Both the position numbers and the translations under genes were made by a program. This document shows, piece by piece, positions 18,101 to 26,950 of a stretch of 64,000 nt of DNA (the stretch's first letter is position 1; each line of letters starts with the position of its first letter). The DNA comes from an uncultured Ruminiclostridium sp. (GTDB lineage Bacteria > Bacillota > Clostridia > Oscillospirales > Ruminococcaceae): NCBI GenBank assembly GCA_910585505.1, contig CAJUFF010000001.1, forward strand, positions 23,579 to 87,578, written 5' to 3'. Below the pieces are notes generated by a model. It had not been told where the DNA came from. It searched no databases and worked only from the letters and a program-made list of their open reading frames with translations.

Positions 18101-20751
18101 TTGGTGGAATCCGAAGCGAGAGTTCTGTATTTAAGCTTGAAAACCTCGGCGGGGATTCCAGCGGTATCAACGGAAAGACCGTCCGGATAAGCCACGTAAT
18201 AAAGCTTGTTGCAGTTGCCGAAGGCTTCCGCGCCTACCGTTGTTACGCTTTCGGGAATATCCACGAAGAAAAGGCTGTTGGGAGCGTTCGGGTCGGAAAA
18301 GCTTATATTGAAGAAAGCCTTTGACCCAATGGTCAGAAGCCCGTCGGGAAGAGTTATTTCGGTAACGGAGAGACAGTTTTCAAAGGCGCTGTCCCCTATT
18401 TCCGTTACCTTTGACGGAATATTTATCGCTTTGACGCCGTCAAGATCATAGAAAGCGTAATCGCCTACGGACGTGATTCCGCCGTCAAATACTAGCTCGG
18501 AAGGCGACGCGCCCATTTCGGTCTTAAGCCTGTAAAACGGGTTCTTGTTGTCCTGTGTATCATAATTCTTTATGTCGGCGTCGGCCACTGCGGAACCGTC
18601 ACCGTTCTTCTTTGTGCTTATGAAAACGGCGGAGTCGTCGGGAGACCAGTACCAGGTTACGTTGTCGTTGGCGGGCGTTGCGGGATCTTCGGAGGCTTTG
18701 CCCATGTTGCCGCCTGTTACCGCCTCACAGATGGTACACAGTCCGTATTCGCCGTCAAATTTGTGGTCGCAGTCCTTGGCGACAACGCGCTTTTCAACGC
18801 CGTTGATTATTACGGTTTTGGGGTATTGATAAGTGCCGGTAAAGCCCTCCTTATCCACGCTGACAATATTTACGATATCGCCGTCCACTTCGTACCGCGC
18901 TCTTACGGTGCCTTCCGCTCCGGTGGGGAGATTGCCGTACATGGAATCGTTGGGGTAAAGTATAAGGGTAGGATTGCTGCCCTTAAAAGCTTCGCTGTAT
19001 ACCGCATTGACGGTTGGAGGAATAAACACTGTAAAATCTTCGGTAAGAGTAATGTTGCCGAAAGCGCCCTGACCGATTGTCTCGACGCTGGAGGGAATTT
19101 CTATTTTCGGAATAGTTAGTCCGTCAAAGGCGTTATTTCCTATGTATGTAACTCCCTCTCTGATTTCCAGAGCCTTTATATAATCCACGGAACCGCTTTT
19201 TATCCAAGGCTGCTCCTTGTTGTCCGGCTCGGTTTTATAATTGTCCATTCTTCCCTTGATATCGCTTGCGGCGGTCTCAATCGCGCTTATGATCAGGGTA
19301 TTGTCGCCGTCGGTAACCACCCACGTGGTACCGCGGCTCTCACCGCACTGAAGTCCGCATATTGTACAATTTCCGCTAACATCGGGAATATGGCTGTGAT
19401 TCTGGGATACCAGACTGTGATAACCGCTGTCGACTTCGTTTACGTATAGCTTTAAGCCCTCATCTGTTTCGTTGTTGATAACGATATATGTGGGAACGTC
19501 CACAAGTGATCCCGCCTGTGATCCACTTTCAATAGAAACTATTTTCGCGGTGGGAGGAGTCGCGTTAATATCTCCTTCGTAGGTAACTTTATAAGTTGAT
19601 GGAGAAACAAGGTTGCTTCCTCCGTCGGTAAGAGTTACGTCCTTTGGGATAAAAAGAGCCTTAAGGTTAACGCAGCTGTTAAAAGCGCCGTCTCCTATTT
19701 TTTCCACATTAAGGGGCAATGTTACTTCCGTAAGCCCACCGCAGTTCAGAAACGCCTGTTCGCCTATCTCCACCGCGTTTCCGTCAACATAAGGTATGTT
19801 TACGTCAGTCAGTCCCGTGCTTGCAAAAGCCTGATTTCCTATACGGGTTATATTGGTTCCGATTGACACCGAGGTAAGCAGAGAGTCTCCGGAAAACATA
19901 CGATCACTTATTTCAGAAAGCCCCGCAGACATTCTCGCGACAGTCAGATTAGGACAATTTTCAAACACGCCTACCCCCATCGAAGTTACGGAAGAAGGTA
20001 TTTTCGCCGTCGAGATTCCCGAACCGCTGAAGGCGTAAGCTCCGATGGCAATTGTGTTGGAGGGCAGGAAGTCTATATTATCAAGGCTTGTGCAGCCCAT
20101 AAAGGTCTGCGTTCCAACAGTGAGATTGGGCAGATTTTTGGATACGTTCACATCGATCAGATTAGCGCAGCCTTCAAACATGCTGTCACTGAGGGTGGTC
20201 AAAGCCGTATCTGAAAGCTCCACGGATTTTAAGCCGGAATTTTTAAAAATTCCGTCTCCCGCGCTTGTCACCTGTCTTCTTACAGTGACTTTTTCAAGAT
20301 TCGGGCAGCCCTCGAACGCCCCTCTTCCAACGGAAGGGGAAATAAGATTTATTTCACCCGAAATACCGCTTCCCGCAAAGGCGTATTCACCAATATTACC
20401 TGTAACGAAATTGAAAAAAGTTCCGATTTCGGTCAGCTTATCGAAGCCGTAAAAAGCATAGCTCCCCACCCCGATACGTCCGCTGTATACGGAAATGGCG
20501 GTAACGCTGTCTTTAAGGTGTACCCACGGGGGAGGGTTATCCCCGTCGGCGGGAGTAAAATCGGGTATTGAGTCGAACGCCGTAATATTGCCCGAAACCG
20601 TAAATTGCAGAGTTCCGTCGGCAAGCAGTTCCCAACTTATGTTTGTACCGTCTATTCTGCCGCCTGTAACCTCACCCTCCGCTGCCACCTGCACGCAGAT
20701 AAAGTTAAAAGCAATAGCAAACGCCACAAACAATGAAATAAACTTTTTCAT
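9124..20751 (-). CDS. Giant BspA-type leucine-rich-repeat (LRR_5) cell-surface protein, 3875 aa
   Basis: Signal peptide; many LxxIxIPxxVxxIGxxAFxxC repeats; about ten HxH..CxxC linkers; P/T/G-rich stalk; PMPTG plus TM near the C-terminus. Confidence 0.92.
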   Translation of the reverse strand: MKKFISLFVAFAIAFNFICVQVAAEGEVTGGRIDGTNISWELLADGTLQFTVSGNITAFDSIPDFTPADGDNPPPWVHLKDSVTAISVYSGRIGVGSYAFYGFDKLTEIGTFFNFVTGNIGEYAFAGSGISGEINLISPSVGRGAFEGCPNLEKVTVRRQVTSAGDGIFKNSGLKSVELSDTALTTLSDSMFEGCANLIDVNVSKNLPNLTVGTQTFMGCTSLDNIDFLPSNTIAIGAYAFSGSGISTAKIPSSVTSMGVGVFENCPNLTVARMSAGLSEISDRMFSGDSLLTSVSIGTNITRIGNQAFASTGLTDVNIPYVDGNAVEIGEQAFLNCGGLTEVTLPLNVEKIGDGAFNSCVNLKALFIPKDVTLTDGGSNLVSPSTYKVTYEGDINATPPTAKIVSIESGSQAGSLVDVPTYIVINNETDEGLKLYVNEVDSGYHSLVSQNHSHIPDVSGNCTICGLQCGESRGTTWVVTDGDNTLIISAIETAASDIKGRMDNYKTEPDNKEQPWIKSGSVDYIKALEIREGVTYIGNNAFDGLTIPKIEIPSSVETIGQGAFGNITLTEDFTVFIPPTVNAVYSEAFKGSNPTLILYPNDSMYGNLPTGAEGTVRARYEVDGDIVNIVSVDKEGFTGTYQYPKTVIINGVEKRVVAKDCDHKFDGEYGLCTICEAVTGGNMGKASEDPATPANDNVTWYWSPDDSAVFISTKKNGDGSAVADADIKNYDTQDNKNPFYRLKTEMGASPSELVFDGGITSVGDYAFYDLDGVKAINIPSKVTEIGDSAFENCLSVTEITLPDGLLTIGSKAFFNISFSDPNAPNSLFFVDIPESVTTVGAEAFGNCNKLYYVAYPDGLSVDTAGIPAEVFKLKYRTLASDSTKVEVTEIIPGKVNALISMPETICGKAVVKVDNNYHDLVNKNSCKHTYLDKDTNTCPVCGQVLGNTGVLPEDEVGWRFDSFVEGYGNNVLTFFTNGSGYMHDYSKGENAPWHSVMENIRTVVIQEGVRNIGDYAFKGAKDLIEVVYPSTIEKIGAHAFENCVTYKNVIIPDSVTELGTDVFFDATDYMGMHNNPFITLRKDLYDQYKNVFFTADNKTQAVLLLYGDTADGRQITGAVLTNGFDRDRLQPYELNYPVSDGHNHCFNNNNICILCGTVGGNCGPDDDPTQTTWALNIETGHLSVTGDGEVAYHPWMDNYKDSVKDVLIGKGVVSICAEAFKDCVNLASVTFEAASVLSDIGGSAFAGCTALRNIELPANIKTIAAEAFSGSGLSGGVIIPSSIISIEKNSFANCPDLINLLIPDSFADRYKPNTPDIDLSSRNAAVLVYSNDGSSVLGICVPAGSTDVEVEIPSNIFPGVPVTNINGVYKGNVRNIKKVSVPDTVTYIADRAFEGFGSTDPSGSRVVEINIPQSVNHIGEAAFKDAAVQIVSLPAGVTVIPKSAFENCSLLESVVVSSSLTEIGELAFGACNSLKAVNTSNTPDVADFRGTALTTVADSAFAGCSALTKAVLPLTLENVISPTVFEGCTSLAILEIPEVNPSGADISYAVINAYDIPTNDTTTVIVYREIDNVPQITSAVFGNDDNWQNRIKNENDVIDDWLIVWKDHKHCFNKTRECVLCKQQGGKCGETATWVYDKNRYTIIINSKDGGDGVMWDMVESTDTASDDYIHYQEMWASLKDEIREVVINEGMTTIGRNAFKDCPNLTTVHIPSTLKTIGASAFESSSNLRVVYIADNSALESIETNAFRNCGMLKNIGAAETARLPQNLKYIRDGAFENCSSLPEIVLPDTVTTIGQRAFAKCVNLASAKLSLYLTSFGKEAFDGCTSLKEIVVPVGVSGGDSIFSNCDNLIFAVIPNSFAESNFTPNPVTLVKYALTDNTNLKSDRIITEVKPVPGTTVTIPDYIMGYPVTEIGSRAFKANTAFNQGNEPKVNLPSTLVTINDFAFEGCTWLKELILPDGLITIGTQAFEGCVGLTEMIIPDTVSELGMEAFHMCNKLETVTLSSGLREIKKGTFDGCAKLRYAVVPEGVTAIGEYAFRDCAELEYVVLPFTSRGGNLKLNAFDGCVGLAAIYAPTAVKIDYIDGADGEHSESVISTADAVSHKLRIAVYDQNKEVFKVIDGTSDNGRSTYETVLDYPVGFSVRENPPHFHCFNIHNQCILCGDRGGKCGPNAWWTLDEKGNLKIYTENGAESVIDHDSAEYFGTWTEFKDRIYTIEIGEGITLIDGGAFEHCLRLQSVTLPESLETVEDYAFSDCISLVSIDLPDGIINLGEGVFKDDINLKNVELPKSISELKKDTFKGCRTLETIKLPADLRYVREGAFSGCINLTSIELPVDTRTVSEDAFSDCTNLTYIVAPDGCRYTFDEDEFPNATYFKYAPEGVGVRITYARPGANVHHLVIPTEIAGLPVVAIGDGAFTRADSRNFMALSEDAQAQQGLVTVTIPENSLLTEIGNNAFKDRTDLQELIVKNNKIVSIGKSAFEGCTSLEKAGLPSSVQRIGDRAFFGCGKLKNIPIYEGLLSIGTEAFANCGFDKAFVIIPSTVSEMGTSVFGNIADNALIAIPQTLAKRYDNSHTGNTGSYDFRKDNCGYVVYRVDGNGNKWVTEGKLGNGQNAVTGFESYMKIASDHVHCLYKGFCVLCNFAGGNCGSEEDINGNSNATWYIDRETRTLHITGTGKMKDYTGSDVAPWLEWNDFIANIEVHEGITGISANAFMNCEKVTNVKLPLTLKNLGSNAFVGNTSLASVTVPEGVKTIPVNAFKDCGQLKNVNLPKSVENIEAGAFAGCNSLKYVELPAAGHNISIDKTAFEDSLDYIAIPEGTVIKAETASYNRFTYRLDNESALRIVKAQLGNNRELKFPASIGGIPVKAIGGYGQGNVISGNEVKDIRIVSIPEGVTEIYDEAFAGCENLFSLTLPNSLETIGKKAFSGCGGIKELIFKNSLKSIGEYAFSDCGALETVKLPLGIEKIGNYAFSECGKLDIILTPRNVIDNRGYTQTASLVYYERRADGRDYIAAARLGEGKTNINVGKIEDLGVYLDIDNHEHCYNEGVCVLCNDDGGLCGVGVVWKLNGDTLEIKLREGLTSTEADTGEMYDYSPSNPAPWKKEHKDVIKKLVIRDGVKSVGAYAFSGLAVLSDVSEAFPVSLAEIGERAFENCISLAGNSENGSTLILDENIRKVASNAFAGCTTLKKIILSDSTSAALTVPEDTAVLKYRFIDSSSVKITKIEISEGKTVDVPNVILNHQVVEVAKEYRKYVNTDTHIHYHNEGERRCTICDIISGECGDKVTWYIDEKNKRLVIEGEGEMYDYNVDSGKNAPWTQYADLIDAIFIKEGVTYIGDNAFVDMGSFDEITLPPGIRSVGDNVFAGSKIRRMYIPSGLKSDLFGKDIEKITYKINEDKKWVDVTRIDLPDGKTKISLPKTIYGLPIRSVEKEFRKYVDQNDGHVHDYGEEHGESECRICGKVSYNHIWEDGWNSDDNSHWHDCERGDYDPIKDGDLDGSGYGDHDWVDTGEKRDGKTVYRCSVCGREKLVGSSVDPGPGPDDPKPPVTGDNNGSGNFAPPTTTSGNGGTTKPPVPGDDSGGNNGGTTTPPQPWETEATEKPPITNPPSDNIPDESDFNGKYGFEVEKGDNSLNASIADSTSSLIKAVLNEEERDKLINGTSEVRIILSVTEGDGTVSLRDRAIISAALGEYKLGEYLDISLFKVVDGVRERITHTSAPITITIDIPNSLKNSGRRFRVIRSHDGSAAVLRDLDNSADTVTISTDRFSPYAIAYTDSVNVSDDYDPPMPTGDPGISVFIFVTMASGLTAVGMIYFNHASDVEVEEERKKKIAKLVAFGKKGKLQKYIAISLIFLVTLYYQGIEGIQRNRGQKADI

Positions 20752-20873
20752 TTAAAATAACCGTTCCTTTCCCTCTCGGCCTTTTTTCGGCCGTAAGGTA
20801 AATATGACACCGACAAGTCGGTGAAAAGCCCCGCTTTTATATTTTGATTTACCGCGGGGAGGTTATGCCGGAA

Positions 20874-22265
20874 TCAGTATTCCGCGTTGCCCACCGTTCT
20901 GGGGAACGGGATAACGTCGCGTATGTTTCCTACCGCGGTGATATACATTATAAGGCGCTCGAAGCCGAGACCGAAGCCCGCATGCTTTGTGCCGCCGTAT
21001 CTCCTGAGATCCAGGTACCAGCTGTAATCCTCTTCCCTCAAGCCCAGCTCCTTCATTCTTGACAAAAGCACGTCGAGTCTCTCCTCACGCTGGCTTCCGC
21101 CGATTATTTCGCCTACTCCCGGCACCAGAAGGTCAACCGCCGCAACGGTCTTCCCGTCGTCGTTAAGGCGCATATAGAATGCCTTGATCTCCTTGGGATA
21201 ATCGGTGACGAAAAGCGGCTTTTTAAATACCTGTTCTGTGAGAAATCTTTCATGTTCGGTCTGAAGATCCGCGCCCCAGTAAACGGGATATTTGAATTGA
21301 TCCTTGTGTTTTTCCAGAATTTCCACCGCCTCGGTGTAAGTCACCTTGGCAAAGTCGCTGTTTATAATATCTTTAAGGCGCTGTATAAGCTCTTTGTCGT
21401 AAAAATCGTTAAAGAATTTCATTTCGTCGGGACAAGCGTTCAGCACCTCGTTCAGCACGTATTTTATCATATCCCTCGCGAGATCCATATCGTCCTGAAG
21501 ATCGGCGAAGGCTATTTCCGGCTCTATCATCCAGAATTCCGCGGCGTGGCGGGTAGTGTTGGAGTTCTCCGCGCGGAAGGTAGGCCCGAAGGTGTATATC
21601 TGACCGAAGGCCATCGCCATGGCTTCACCCTCAAGCTGACCGGATACGGTGAGGGAAGCGGGCTTCCCGAAAAAGTCCTTCGTGTAATCTATCGCGCCGT
21701 CCTCGGTTTTCGGAGGATCGGCGGGGTCAAGCGTTGAAACTCTGAACATTTCTCCCGCGCCCTCGCAGTCGCTGGCGGTTATTATAGGCGTATTAACATA
21801 TACGAAGCCCCTTTGATTGAAAAAGCTGTGGATAGCGTAAGCGGCCACGCTTCTTACTCTCAACACCGCGCCTATCGTATTTGTTCTTGCTCTTAAATGG
21901 GAGATTGTGCGCAGATATTCCAAAGTATGGCGCTTTTTCTGCAAGGGATAATCGGAGGGAGCCAAGCCCGCTATCTCAACCTTTTCGGCGTGTACCTCAA
22001 AGGGCTGCTTCGCTTCGGGAGTAAGAAGCAGCGTTCCCAGAACGTTAACCGCGCTGCCTACGCCCAACTTGCTCAGTTCCTTAAAGTTATCGACCTTTTC
22101 CTCCCCAAAAACCACCTGAACGCCTTTAAAGCCGCTGCCGTCGGAAAGCTCCATAAAACCAAAGGTTTTGCTTCCTCTTACGGTTCTTACCCAACCGCTT
22201 ATCTCTAATTTTGCTCCGTTTTCGGGAGTATTTTTATATAACTCCGATATCAGAATCCTTGACAT
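20874..22265 (-). CDS. asnS: Asparagine--tRNA ligase
   Basis: [47 protein letters not shown]; start set to MSRIL. Confidence 0.97.
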   Translation of the reverse strand: MSRILISELYKNTPENGAKLEISGWVRTVRGSKTFGFMELSDGSGFKGVQVVFGEEKVDNFKELSKLGVGSAVNVLGTLLLTPEAKQPFEVHAEKVEIAGLAPSDYPLQKKRHTLEYLRTISHLRARTNTIGAVLRVRSVAAYAIHSFFNQRGFVYVNTPIITASDCEGAGEMFRVSTLDPADPPKTEDGAIDYTKDFFGKPASLTVSGQLEGEAMAMAFGQIYTFGPTFRAENSNTTRHAAEFWMIEPEIAFADLQDDMDLARDMIKYVLNEVLNACPDEMKFFNDFYDKELIQRLKDIINSDFAKVTYTEAVEILEKHKDQFKYPVYWGADLQTEHERFLTEQVFKKPLFVTDYPKEIKAFYMRLNDDGKTVAAVDLLVPGVGEIIGGSQREERLDVLLSRMKELGLREEDYSWYLDLRRYGGTKHAGFGLGFERLIMYITAVGNIRDVIPFPRTVGNAEY

Positions 22266-22286
22266 TTTGTTTTTCCTTTCTCTTTG

Positions 22287-22454
22287 GGTAACCTCTAAAA
22301 AACTCTGTGAAAAGCAAAAACAGACAGAGCGCACCGGATACGAGGAAAGCCGGCGAAGGCGGGCAGCTTACGCGATAAGCCCGTCGAGACGGGTTGACGA
22401 ATTAGGCGTTGCGCCATGTTCGTTTTTGCTCACAATGGGGGGTTAGAGGTTACC
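22287..22454. repeat. 168-bp element bounded by inverted repeats upstream of asnS (MITE-like or structured leader)
   Basis: GGTAACCTCTAA...TTAGAGGTTACC perfect 12-bp IR plus inner GCAAAAAC/GTTTTTGC. Confidence 0.6.
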
Positions 22455-22579
22455 TTTATACGGTTATAATATGCCCGAATGTCATACCCTGCCCATAATG
22501 GAAATTCATATTTAAATTTATTATATCACTTTTAATGCCAAAATGCAATATTTTTACGTATTTTTTTGACAATTTCCTG

Positions 22580-22608
22580 TTGACTATACTCAAAAAATGT
22601 TTTATAAT
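22580..22608 (+). promoter_or_regulatory. Sigma-A promoter of the GH2 gene
   Basis: TTGACT-17 nt-TATAAT. Confidence 0.7.
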
Positions 22609-22654
22609 TCAATTAAGGAAAATATTACCTCAAAATCCTGAAAGGACAACCGCC

Positions 22655-25123
22655 ATGCTGCTCAACAAAAACTGGAAAATGCTTTTTAACGGTGAAATTC
22701 TGCCCTGCCGCGGGTTCCCCGTTTCCATGTACCGCACTCTGCTGGCCAACGGAAGAATCGACGACCCGTATTACGGCGAAAATCAGTACGACGCTAAAGA
22801 ACTCAGCCGAAAGGATTGTGAATTTATCTGCGAATTTGAGCCTGAAGGAGAAATATTTGCGGAAGACAAGGTTTTTCTGCGTTTCTTTGGAATTGATACG
22901 CTGTCTGAAGTATATCTCAACGGCAACATTCTCTTTGGCGGCGATAATATGTTTGTTACCTACGAATATGAAATCAGGGGATTGCTCAAACGCGGGTTAA
23001 ATACGCTGAGAGTCAAAATTTCCTCCCCCCTCGAATACGCCGAGAAAAGGTTTGGGGAGCGCCCGCTGTACGGAGTGGAAGGTACGGTGCCGGGATATCA
23101 GCACATACGCAAGGCTCATTACATGTACGGCTGGGACTGGGGAATGCAGCTACCCGATATGGGCATATGGCGGAATGTTGAGATTGTGGGAAAATCCGTA
23201 TGCGAAATATGCGGAGCTTATTACCGTCAGGAATTCAGGGACAGTTACAGAAAGCTTATACTTACCGTGACCCCCGAACTGCGGCCGTTTGTGATAAGGC
23301 CCGTTGAGCTGCTTACCGAAATAGAGCTGTCCGACGGCAGGAGCCTTATTTCGAGAAATCCGGTGCATAAGTGTGAAAGGCTTACCTTTGAAGTGGAAAA
23401 TCCTCCCCTCTGGTGGGTAAGGGGATACGGAAAACAGCCGCTTCAAAGAGTGAAATTTACGCTGATAGAGGACGGAAAGGCAATAGACAGATTTGAGGAG
23501 AGAATAGGATTCCGTGAGCTGACGGTAAGAAACGACGAAAAAGCGGGTAAATTCTGTTTCGTCTGCAACGGTACGGAAATATTCGCCATGGGAGCAAATA
23601 TTATCCCCGAAGATCAGATTCTTCCTTCGGTAAACGATAAACGTACCGATTATATGCTCAGACAGTGCGCAAGAGCCAATTTCAACTGCGTCCGGGTATG
23701 GGGCGGCGGCGTTTATCCGAACGATCATTTTTTAAAGCGCTGCGACGAGCTGGGCTTTGTACTGTGGCAGGACTTTATGTTCGCCTGCGCGGCTTATCGG
23801 CTGACTCCTCAGATGGCAGCTTCCGTAAAAAAAGAGCTTAAGGACAACATAAAAAGAATTCGCAATCACCCCTGTCTGGGGCTGTGGTGCGGCAACAACG
23901 AGATAGAAAGCATGTGGGAGGGCTGGGGAGTACCTAAGGACGAGGAAGCTAAGGCGGACTATGCGGAGCTGTTTGAAAAAATTATTCCCGCCGCGCTGAA
24001 GGAATACGACCCCGACCGCTTTTACTGGCCCTCCTCTCCCTCATCCGGCGGCGGTCTGTACGGAGGCAAGTGCTTTAGCGGCAGCTCGGACAACCATAGG
24101 GGAGATCAGCATTTCTGGGCGGTATGGCACGGCTTTAAACCTCTGGAGGAATTCCGAAGGTTTGATTTTCCTTTCTGTTCGGAATTCGGCTTTGAGTCGC
24201 TGCCCTCGGTAAAAACCGCGGAGACCTTCGCGCGTGGCAAGGATATGGATCTGTGCTCCCCGGTTATGGAAGCGCATCAGAAGTGCGTAATGGGGAATGA
24301 AAAGCTTCTGTTTTATACGGCGCAGATGTGCCGTACTCCGAAAAGCTTTGAAGAACTCGTTTACGCCACGCAGCTCGTGCAGGCGGAATCAATACGCCTT
24401 AATGTAGAGCATATGCGAAGAAAAAGAGGAAAATGTATGGGCAGCCTGTACTGGCAATTTAACGACAGCAATCCCGTAATTTCTTGGTCGGCGGTGGATT
24501 ACTTCGGAAGAGAAAAGGCGCTTTATTACGCCACCAAACGATTTTATGCACCTGTTCTGGTTTCCTGTCTCGAAGAAAGCCTGAACGATGTTCAATTGCA
24601 TATATCAAACGAAACCACCGAAAGTATACTGGGAATTATTAAGTGGTCGCTGAGAAAAAACACCGGCGGCAAGATCGTGAACGGAGAAAAAGAGGTACAG
24701 GTTGAGGCGCTTTCATCGGAGGCGGTCATATCCCTTGACCTGTCAAAACATCTGAATACAAGGGAGATGAAAAGAAGCTGTTTTCTCGAATACTGCCTTA
24801 TTATTAACGGAAAAGAGGTATCCAAGGGATGCACGATCTTCGTAAAACCCAAAGCCTTTGAGTTTTTGCCGCCCGATTTTTCGCTTAATATAGAAGAAAC
24901 GGGAAGGAGCTATATACTTAAGCTCAAAAGCAGGGCTTTTGCAAAGGGGGTTGTTCTGGACTTAAAGGACTGCGACTGCGTTTTTTCGGACAACTTTTTC
25001 GATTTCAGCGGAAGCTATACGGTTGAGGTAGATAAGGATTCCCTTACCAAACCGCTTACGGCAGACGGATTCAGAAGGAGATTGTGTGTTATGAGCTGCT
25101 TTGATCTTGGAACGAACGAATAA
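22655..25123 (+). CDS. Glycoside hydrolase family 2, beta-mannosidase-like
   Basis: RKAHYMYGWDWG, RVWGGG, WQDFMFAC, WCGNNE, SEFG, YWQFND; start set to ATG with GAAAGGA RBS. Confidence 0.9.
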   Translation: MLLNKNWKMLFNGEILPCRGFPVSMYRTLLANGRIDDPYYGENQYDAKELSRKDCEFICEFEPEGEIFAEDKVFLRFFGIDTLSEVYLNGNILFGGDNMFVTYEYEIRGLLKRGLNTLRVKISSPLEYAEKRFGERPLYGVEGTVPGYQHIRKAHYMYGWDWGMQLPDMGIWRNVEIVGKSVCEICGAYYRQEFRDSYRKLILTVTPELRPFVIRPVELLTEIELSDGRSLISRNPVHKCERLTFEVENPPLWWVRGYGKQPLQRVKFTLIEDGKAIDRFEERIGFRELTVRNDEKAGKFCFVCNGTEIFAMGANIIPEDQILPSVNDKRTDYMLRQCARANFNCVRVWGGGVYPNDHFLKRCDELGFVLWQDFMFACAAYRLTPQMAASVKKELKDNIKRIRNHPCLGLWCGNNEIESMWEGWGVPKDEEAKADYAELFEKIIPAALKEYDPDRFYWPSSPSSGGGLYGGKCFSGSSDNHRGDQHFWAVWHGFKPLEEFRRFDFPFCSEFGFESLPSVKTAETFARGKDMDLCSPVMEAHQKCVMGNEKLLFYTAQMCRTPKSFEELVYATQLVQAESIRLNVEHMRRKRGKCMGSLYWQFNDSNPVISWSAVDYFGREKALYYATKRFYAPVLVSCLEESLNDVQLHISNETTESILGIIKWSLRKNTGGKIVNGEKEVQVEALSSEAVISLDLSKHLNTREMKRSCFLEYCLIINGKEVSKGCTIFVKPKAFEFLPPDFSLNIEETGRSYILKLKSRAFAKGVVLDLKDCDCVFSDNFFDFSGSYTVEVDKDSLTKPLTADGFRRRLCVMSCFDLGTNE

Positions 25124-25180
25124 CGAGCAGTTGAACATATTTTACTTTATGTATAATATCCACCTCAATAAACAATTTGA

Positions 25181-25218
25181 AAAACTGCGATTCGATTTTA
25201 AAACGAATCGCAGTTTTT
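25181..25218. terminator. Bidirectional intrinsic terminator
   Basis: AAAACTGCGATTCG..CGAATCGCAGTTTTT between convergent genes. Confidence 0.7.
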
Positions 25219-25219
25219 A

Positions 25220-25537
25220 TACCAATCTTTAATCAAGTTGTAGACTTGATTAAAGATTGCAATTATACCTCGTACTAATAACCATTTTGACTATGATTTT
25301 ATCCTGTGTCAAAATGGTTATTAGTATAATACTAAATCCCAATAGAAATCCGACAAATCCGACGATTGGGGCGTCCCTACTCTGCGTCAGCCCTCCTTGA
25401 AATATGGCATATTCCTGCGTCGGGACTTCCTTGATTAGGAACGCCCCACCCGCCGCCTTTGTCTGATTTCTACTGAGAATTAGTATAAGCACTTATTTGC
25501 AAATCATTCCAAATTCAAGTATGATTTACAAATAGTA
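25220..25537. mobile_element. Tandem modular hairpin elements including intact element B (25330-25485)
   Basis: B flanked by TAA on both sides and near-identical to the 4.6-4.9 kb copy; cluster ends ATAGTA against the spoVAE stop. Confidence 0.85.
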
Positions 25538-25909
25538 TCAGCTCATTTTGTCCCCTCGCTTGAAGCACCTTGCCACAATAAGTCCGAACACCACCGCCGC
25601 CGTAAGTCCTGCGGCTCCCGCGGTAAAGCCTCCGGTGAACGCGCCTAATAGACCGTCCTCCTGAACAGCTTGCTTTACGCCCTTTGCCAACGTGTAGCCA
25701 AAACCGGTCAGGGGTACAGTTGCGCCCGCGCCCGCAAAATCAACAAGAGGCTCGTATACTCCGCATCCGCCCAGGACTACTCCCACAATTACGTAAATTA
25801 CAAGAATACGAGCGGGTGTAAGTTTTGTAAGATCTATAAGAAGCTGGCCTATAAGGCAGAATCCGCCGCCTATCACAAATGCCCAGAAATATTCCATAAA
25901 TGTTTCCAT
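25538..25909 (-). CDS. spoVAE: Stage V sporulation protein AE
   Basis: AFVIGG..IGQLLID.TKLTPARILV..GAGATVPLTGFG. Confidence 0.92.
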   Translation of the reverse strand: METFMEYFWAFVIGGGFCLIGQLLIDLTKLTPARILVIYVIVGVVLGGCGVYEPLVDFAGAGATVPLTGFGYTLAKGVKQAVQEDGLLGAFTGGFTAGAAGLTAAVVFGLIVARCFKRGDKMS

Positions 25910-25927
25910 GCGCTTTTTTCCTTTCCA

Positions 25928-26938
25928 TTAAAATGCCGAAATATGAACCGCGTGGCTTATACCGGGAATGCTTTCCCCCTGCTGCACAATCGTTGGCGAC
26001 ATAAGCGCTCCGGTAGCCGCAAACAAAACGTTTTTCAGCCGCCCGGCGGCAATTTCGGGCAAAATATATCCGCATAACACCGAAGCGCTGCACCCGCAGC
26101 CGGAACCGCCGGCGTGTACGTCCTGTTTTTCCAAATCATACAGCATAAGACCGCAGTCGTTGTGCTTTTCGGATATATCTATATTATCTTTCTGAAACAG
26201 CTCTGTCAGTATATCGCTTCCCACTTTTCCCAGATCCCCGGTCAGTATAAGATCAAAGGCGTCAATGCTCTGCCCCATATTGGCAAGATGACGGGAAATT
26301 GTATCGTGTGCGGCTTCCGCCATTGCGGCGCCCATATTATTGGCGTCGGTTATTCCCATATCCTTGATTTTACCCACGGTTACCGCTTTTACATAAGGAG
26401 GAGCTCCGTGAGGAGATACTATTGCGCAGCCTGCCGCAGTAGCCGTCCACTGAGCGGTAGGAGTGCGCTGTCCGCCGTAGTTTACGGGAAGCCTGAACTG
26501 TCTCTCGGCGGAACAAAAGTGAGATGAGGTCACCGCCGCCGCGTTTATGGCCGCTCCGCTGTCCACAAAAATTGACGCCAATCCCAAGCTTTCCGCCATT
26601 GTAGAACAAGCTCCAAACAGACCGTAAAACGGTATGCTTGTATCTCTCGCTCCGTAAGCGGAGGCAACGCATTGGTTCAGCAGGTCTCCGGCGAAAAGAA
26701 AATCCATATCGCTTTCCGAGAATTTTCCTTTGCTTAACGCGTTGGTAAAGGCGTACTGCTGAAGCTTGCTTTCGCTTTTTTCCCAACTGTTTTCCCCTAA
26801 GGTTACATCATCGGAAAGGTAGTCAAAATATTCCGCCAGGGGACCCTCGCCCTCCTTTTTTCCTGCGGCGGCAGCGTAAGCGGAGATTGTGGGCGCCGAT
26901 TGAAGATTTATCGTACCGTCTTTTACAATATTTGCCAT
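25928..26938 (-). CDS. spoVAD: Stage V sporulation protein AD
   Basis: GDLLNQ, GACSTM, SSHFCSAERQFR, AGGSGCGC. Confidence 0.95.
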   Translation of the reverse strand: MANIVKDGTINLQSAPTISAYAAAAGKKEGEGPLAEYFDYLSDDVTLGENSWEKSESKLQQYAFTNALSKGKFSESDMDFLFAGDLLNQCVASAYGARDTSIPFYGLFGACSTMAESLGLASIFVDSGAAINAAAVTSSHFCSAERQFRLPVNYGGQRTPTAQWTATAAGCAIVSPHGAPPYVKAVTVGKIKDMGITDANNMGAAMAEAAHDTISRHLANMGQSIDAFDLILTGDLGKVGSDILTELFQKDNIDISEKHNDCGLMLYDLEKQDVHAGGSGCGCSASVLCGYILPEIAAGRLKNVLFAATGALMSPTIVQQGESIPGISHAVHISAF

Positions 26939-26950
26939 TGTTTAGCTCCT

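Noticed and set aside
9461..20755. Many plus-strand ORFs opposite the giant LRR gene (and likewise opposite ribosomal genes)
   Set aside because: Antisense shadows of real genes with no RBS or domain signal
22266..22500. T-box riboswitch upstream of asnS
   Set aside because: No recognisable T-box consensus or U-tailed terminator on the minus strand
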